From positions 306,466,001-306,530,000 of the forward strand of contig OZ024742.1 in assembly GCA_964016885.1 (NCBI GenBank): a stretch of DNA of 64,000 nt, in the 5' to 3' direction. The DNA is from Eledone cirrhosa (taxonomy: Eukaryota). A program made the position numbers and the translations under genes. A model generated the notes under the pieces. That model was not told where the DNA came from and searched no databases. It was given only the letters and a program-made list of their open reading frames with translations. Positions 59,151-64,000 of this stretch are shown piece by piece (position 1 is the stretch's first letter; each line of letters opens with the position of its first letter).

Positions 59151-62100
59151 CGACTTTCGCAGCAGTGGATCGAGAGCCAGCACACACAGAAGGGAGGAGA
59201 GAGCACACCCCTGTCGGATGGACCGCGCGATTTGGAACGGCTCCGAGGGGTAGCCGTTCCCCTTGACCCTCGAGCAGATGCGGCTGCTGTGTATGGCAGT
59301 AATCCAGCCCCTCAAAACGGGTCTGAATCCTGCCGCCGTTATCACCGCATCCAGGTAACCATGGTCGACCCTATCAAACGCCTTAGATTGATCCAAGTTG
59401 ATCAGGGCCCCACCAAAGCCGGGTTCATTCCCTACCTTCTCTATGATGTATCGCTTGTGGGGGAGGTTGTCGTGAATGGACCTGGACGGGATAACGCATG
59501 TCTTTGCATCTCCCACCAGGTTGCCCACGACAAGCGCCAACCTCTTTGCTAACACCTTGGCCAAAATCTTTAACTCCGCATTTAGCAGAGTTATGGGCCT
59601 GAAATTACTTATTTCATCCCCTTTGTTCTCGTCCTTCCTCACTAGCATCACTACGCCCTTGGTCACAGAACAGGGAATTCTTCCGTTCTGTTGCCAGATG
59701 CAGTAGACCGCCTCGAGGAGATCGGAGAAAAAGTTCGGCATCGCTACATAAAGTTCGTATGGAAAACCATCGAGACAAGGGGATTTGCATTTGCCGCATT
59801 GGCTAAGCACCTCCCCTATTCCAGCAGTTGAAATTGGCCTTTCGCAGGACTTCGCCTTCTCGTTCGAAAGACGCCGTAGGCCGTCGAAGTTTGGACCGAA
59901 ATCCACACCCCATCCGGCCCCCGCACTTCCGAACAGTCGTGCAAAGTGCCTTTGAAAGGCTTCACACATAAGTCCATCCTGGTCCTTCAAAGACCGGATA
60001 GTGGATTTAATCCCTTTTTGGCTACTGTCACGTGGGGCCAGCTAACAGCTTTGGCCTCCTCGTTTCTTAGAGCACGTATTTTGCTTCTGACAACGCAGCC
60101 TTCGTGCTTCGCGTCGAAAAACTGGTCTAAGGCCGTTCTCGACGCTAGCACTCTGGCTACGTTGCCGCTTCTAATCGCCTCTTCTACTCTATCTACCAAA
60201 TCCCTTTCCTTCCTATTCCTATCTGAGGCTAATTCCTTACTAAAACCTATCGAGACTACTCTAATCTCTCTCTTGAGAGAGCCCCACCACCTGCTGTTGA
60301 CGATAGCCCCCGTCAACCGTTCCTTAATTAAAGTGCTAATCTGATCCCGATAAGCTTTACATGCCGGTAAGGACAAGTTCAGCTTCCAGTAACCGGGTCC
60401 CTGTCTATGCGTTCTATCAAGGTTGACTAAGCAGGTCATTAATTTGTGATCTGAATAGCCAACCATGCGCATCTCTAGACAACTTAGTAGGTCCCTATCC
60501 TTATTTCTAACTAGGGCCCTATCTAGGTACGACCTAGATGATCCGCTGCGGTTAGTCCAAGTCCAGGTTGGCGCAGTCGGAAAATCTAGTCGATATCTAT
60601 CGGCCAGGTCAAATCGGCCGATTAATCGTTAGAGGCTGTTACACCCCACTCTATCGGGACATGCCCCTACATAGTCTCAACGTGCATCTAGCATACCTTT
60701 CTAGTTCTCCACTAAAAGGAAGGGGCGGGACGTCCCTAGAAAAGTCTCCAGACGTTGGAAGAAGTGCGGCCTCACTGCCCTAAAAGGCGGCGACCTAAAA
60801 GGCGGCGACCATAGGCGGCGACCAACCTAAAGGCTCCACCTTCACCACTGCCAACGTCTAGTACCACCAGTCGACCATCCGGGTCCAAGTGCACCGTCTG
60901 CGTTGCGAGGACAAGGTGTTTTTGTGGCAGAACGACAACCCCCACCCCCACCTCCTGGCTGACAGAGAGATGCATAGATCTCAAAGTCGTTAAAGGTGGG
61001 GGATAGCTGGCGTTCACTGCTGACCCTGGACTCGCACATAGCCATGACATTTATACTGAGCGACCTGAGGTCATTTAGACGTTTTGCCTGCTTCCAGAGT
61101 GAGCTCAGTACACGCGCATTCAAACATACTACTCTCAATACAGCCATGTTGGCGGCGAAGGGGAAGAAAAAGAAAAGTCACCTACCTTCTTATGTCTCGG
61201 GGACCGGGCTGCGCAACTTCCATGGGGGTCAGGGCGGGGTTGTTAGGTGGGGTGGTGGTTTGTGGTGGGGTGGGGACATCATCAGAGTGTGGTGGGGTTG
61301 GGGAGTTTGGTGTGATGTGGGTGTCTGGGGGCGGCGGTGGGGAAATTTTTCAAGAGGACGCGGTTCATTGGTTTTACACAGGAGGGGGGGGGGGAACACG
61401 TCCTCAGGAAAATTGTCTTTTAGTTCTATATCGGAGTTTTAATCATTTTTAAAGAGGGGTTCTCTGTGTCCCTCGTGAAATTTGGCCCTTCGGTTTGCAC
61501 CGAGGGGTTTTGTTCAATTTTGTTTACAAGTTTTATATTTTTTGTGTTGAAGTATGTGTATAGCTGTGTCTGTGTAATTTTTGTTGGTTTTTGTTCTTGT
61601 TTTGGGGATGGGTTATTTTTTTTGTGTGGGTGCGGTGTGTTTTCTTTTTTTGCGCTTTATTTTTTGGAAGGGTTCCCCCTCGTCTTCTGACGTTAAGGTA
61701 TCCTCTTCCATGTTGGAGAGGAGGGGTATATTTTGGGGTTTTGTTATGTATGTTGTTGGAGTTGTTTTAGGTGGAGAGGGGTTGGGTGGGACCATGTTCA
61801 GTTTTTTTGTTGACTTGTTGTGTTTGTTGTTTTGGGGGTGGTGGTGGTGATTGTGTTTTTGTTTGTGGAGTTGTTTTGGATGTGGAGGGGTTGGGTGGTC
61901 CGTGTTCAGTTTTTTGTTGACTTGTGTTTGTTGTTGTTGTTGTGGTGATGGTGGTGGTGATGTTTTAGGAGGTGTTGGCAGTAAAGGTTTTTTATATTGT
62001 TAAGGACAGGCAGCCCTCAGGTGACCTCTGCCTCAACAGAGGTAGCAAGCGGGCCGCCTACCCTCAACTGCAATGTTCATAAATTGGCAGCATTCCAGGG

Positions 62101-63300
62101 ACACTCTTTGGGGTATCTTTGCGATACGTTCTGGTTTCATTCGAACCAGAACCTGTATGCCTATACCGCCAAAGTGGCCCCTGGTGGCTTTGCCTATATC
62201 ACGTAGTTCATCTTCGTCGTCCAGTATCCCTCCTAGTATCCACCAAATATTTGTATTTGGGTGTATACCGGAGATTGTTATTTTTTTAGTTTTCTTCCCC
62301 ATGTAGGTGGGGAAGAAAGTGTACTGTTTGGACACAATTGGCGACACCGAGTATATTTTGGGCCACCAATTGGTCCTTCATCAAAATTATCAGACTCCCA
62401 TATAACTTCCCTCTCTCAATAAAAATCATCTCCTTCAACGCGTCTTTTAACACCAGCTCAATTTCACTATGCGATAATTGAGCTGGTTTTTTCGAAGCAT
62501 TTGATATAGTTCTAAAATTAATTGTCCTCAGGACCGTGTCTCTTTTGGGAGATTATGGTGAATTTACCGTTTTCACCAAAGCTCACCTGTTTTCTCCCCT
62601 CTTTTAGCAATTCCGCTGCATTACTGGGGTGAAAGTTTCGGTCTCCTTAACGACCTGGGCAAAGGATATTCGTGCAGTGGGGTCTTTTTTGTGTGTGTTT
62701 CGTTGCTGTTGTTCTTCTTTTCTTGGGTATTTGCGTTTTGGTTGTTGTTGTTTGCGGTACAGTTTTTTGGGTTTTCACCCATTTTTTCGTGTTTTGAGTT
62801 CACATTTACGTTGTTTTCTTTGTCATTGTTGCTGCTGTTTTTGCTTTTGTGTGTGTTTGTGTTATTTTCTTTGTTATTTGTGTTGGTGTTGTTGGTGTCA
62901 GTGTAATTTATACATTCTTTCAATTTGCTGTTTCCATTGTTTGGGTTATTACCCAAGTTTTTACAATTGTTCGCCAAATCCGCTTCCATAATCGCATGCG
63001 AAAGCGCGAGAAGGGAAGCTTCAGTAGGTTGAGTTACTTGTTCCTCATTATCACTTTCCCTGGGGGGGGGGGGGGCGTGGCAGTGGTGTTTTCATGTATG
63101 GTGTCCATTATTGTAAGTTGGTATACAAATTTTTCAAAGTAGTTTTTACCCCCAAAAAGGGGTAAAAATAAAATAACAACCCGTCTGCAAGTCAAGGCGG
63201 GAGGGTAGGTCACACAAATAAAACAAATGAAACACAAACTCCCAGTCAAAAACGTAATACAAATCCCAAAAGGCTGCAGCTGAAGTAACACACGTCTACT
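59150..63300 (-). mobile_element. Tx1/L1-clade LINE with apparent 5' end, 3'-truncated within RT
   Basis: ORF1 with CYLC*GRGHLRAAC knuckle (~62005-62050). ORF2 from 61147: CLNAR, SDH, GPGYWKLN, NFRPITLLN, LDQSKAFDRVDH, SIRQGCALS. Confidence 0.9.
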
Positions 63301-63306
63301 ATCAAC

Positions 63307-63307
<1 letters not shown>

Positions 63308-63363
<56 letters not shown>
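63308..63363. repeat. (GATA)n microsatellite at the 5' end of the minus-strand Tx1-like element
   Basis: Read directly from the sequence. Confidence 0.95.
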
Positions 63364-64000
63364 GTAAGTCGTCGTAATTTAGTGGATATATGCTGTGTAA
63401 ATGATTAAAGGCATATGCAAGAAAATTAATGTATTTGATTTAAATAAATTTGAATGAAATAGAGTGGTGTTAAGAGGAACAAGGTTAAGGAAAATTGAAC
63501 ATTTCCACATAGAATGTTGTAATCAAGGGTTTAGCAAATTGATATCTTTTTTTATTATAAAACGTACCATTTTTCCAAGTAATACTGTATTATATAACTA
63601 TTTCTACTTTCCTACTTTTTTCTCAGGCATCCGTGGCTTTGACGATATCGCCATGATTCCAGTTCAAATGGTCAAACCCTGATTTAATGATGTGCTGATT
63701 TATATAAGACGAAGGTGTTCCGTCAGTATTGCAACGCCGATTTCTATCGTTATATAATCTCTCACTCAACTCTCCACTACAAACATATTGTCTTCTCCAG
63801 CATCTGCCAACTCATACTCCCTTTCCATCCTCACTACCATCCACAGAATTCACACTCCACACAGATCTACCATATATTTCCTCCCCAAAATCAATATAAT
63901 TATTCCAGTGTTTACTCCTGCAACTGCTCAACCAAACAAATCTTCAAATCCCACGATCTCCACCTCTCCTCCATACCTTCCTTCACTTCCCACCATTTCT

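Noticed and set aside
54188-59260. The plus-strand 3' Tx1 fragment being the inverted missing half of the minus-strand element
   Set aside because: Their overlapping ~30 codons differ clearly (RQGGPLSSILYVLTMEP versus RQGCALSSLLCVLALDP), indicating separate copies.

Overview
This is AT-rich, microsatellite-dense eukaryotic DNA with no recognisable host gene. The repeat content (SINE tails, RTE/Tx1/Penelope mix, TA/CA/GA tracts) suggests a cephalopod such as octopus; this is an inference. The window is a patchwork of retroelements: three Penelope-like element (PLE) fragments, an RTE-type LINE with an uninterrupted RT and three C2H2 fingers, a second LINE 3' fragment with a target-site duplication, three Tx1/L1-like copies and a decayed hAT-like transposase. 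The main result is a system of non-coding tandem repeats carrying type I hammerhead ribozymes (retrozyme-like). It comprises a near-identical 469-bp array with 10 ribozymes (17.4-21.9 kb) and two diverged relatives (8.8-10.1 kb and 12.0-12.9 kb). All three keep the same ribozyme fold through compensatory changes, an ATGCAAAT octamer about 90-100 nt upstream of the catalytic core, and an inverted-plus-tandem insertion layout next to (TA)n. About a dozen further intact or decayed hammerhead motifs mark PLE termini and fold-back elements. All folds and alignments were done by eye.
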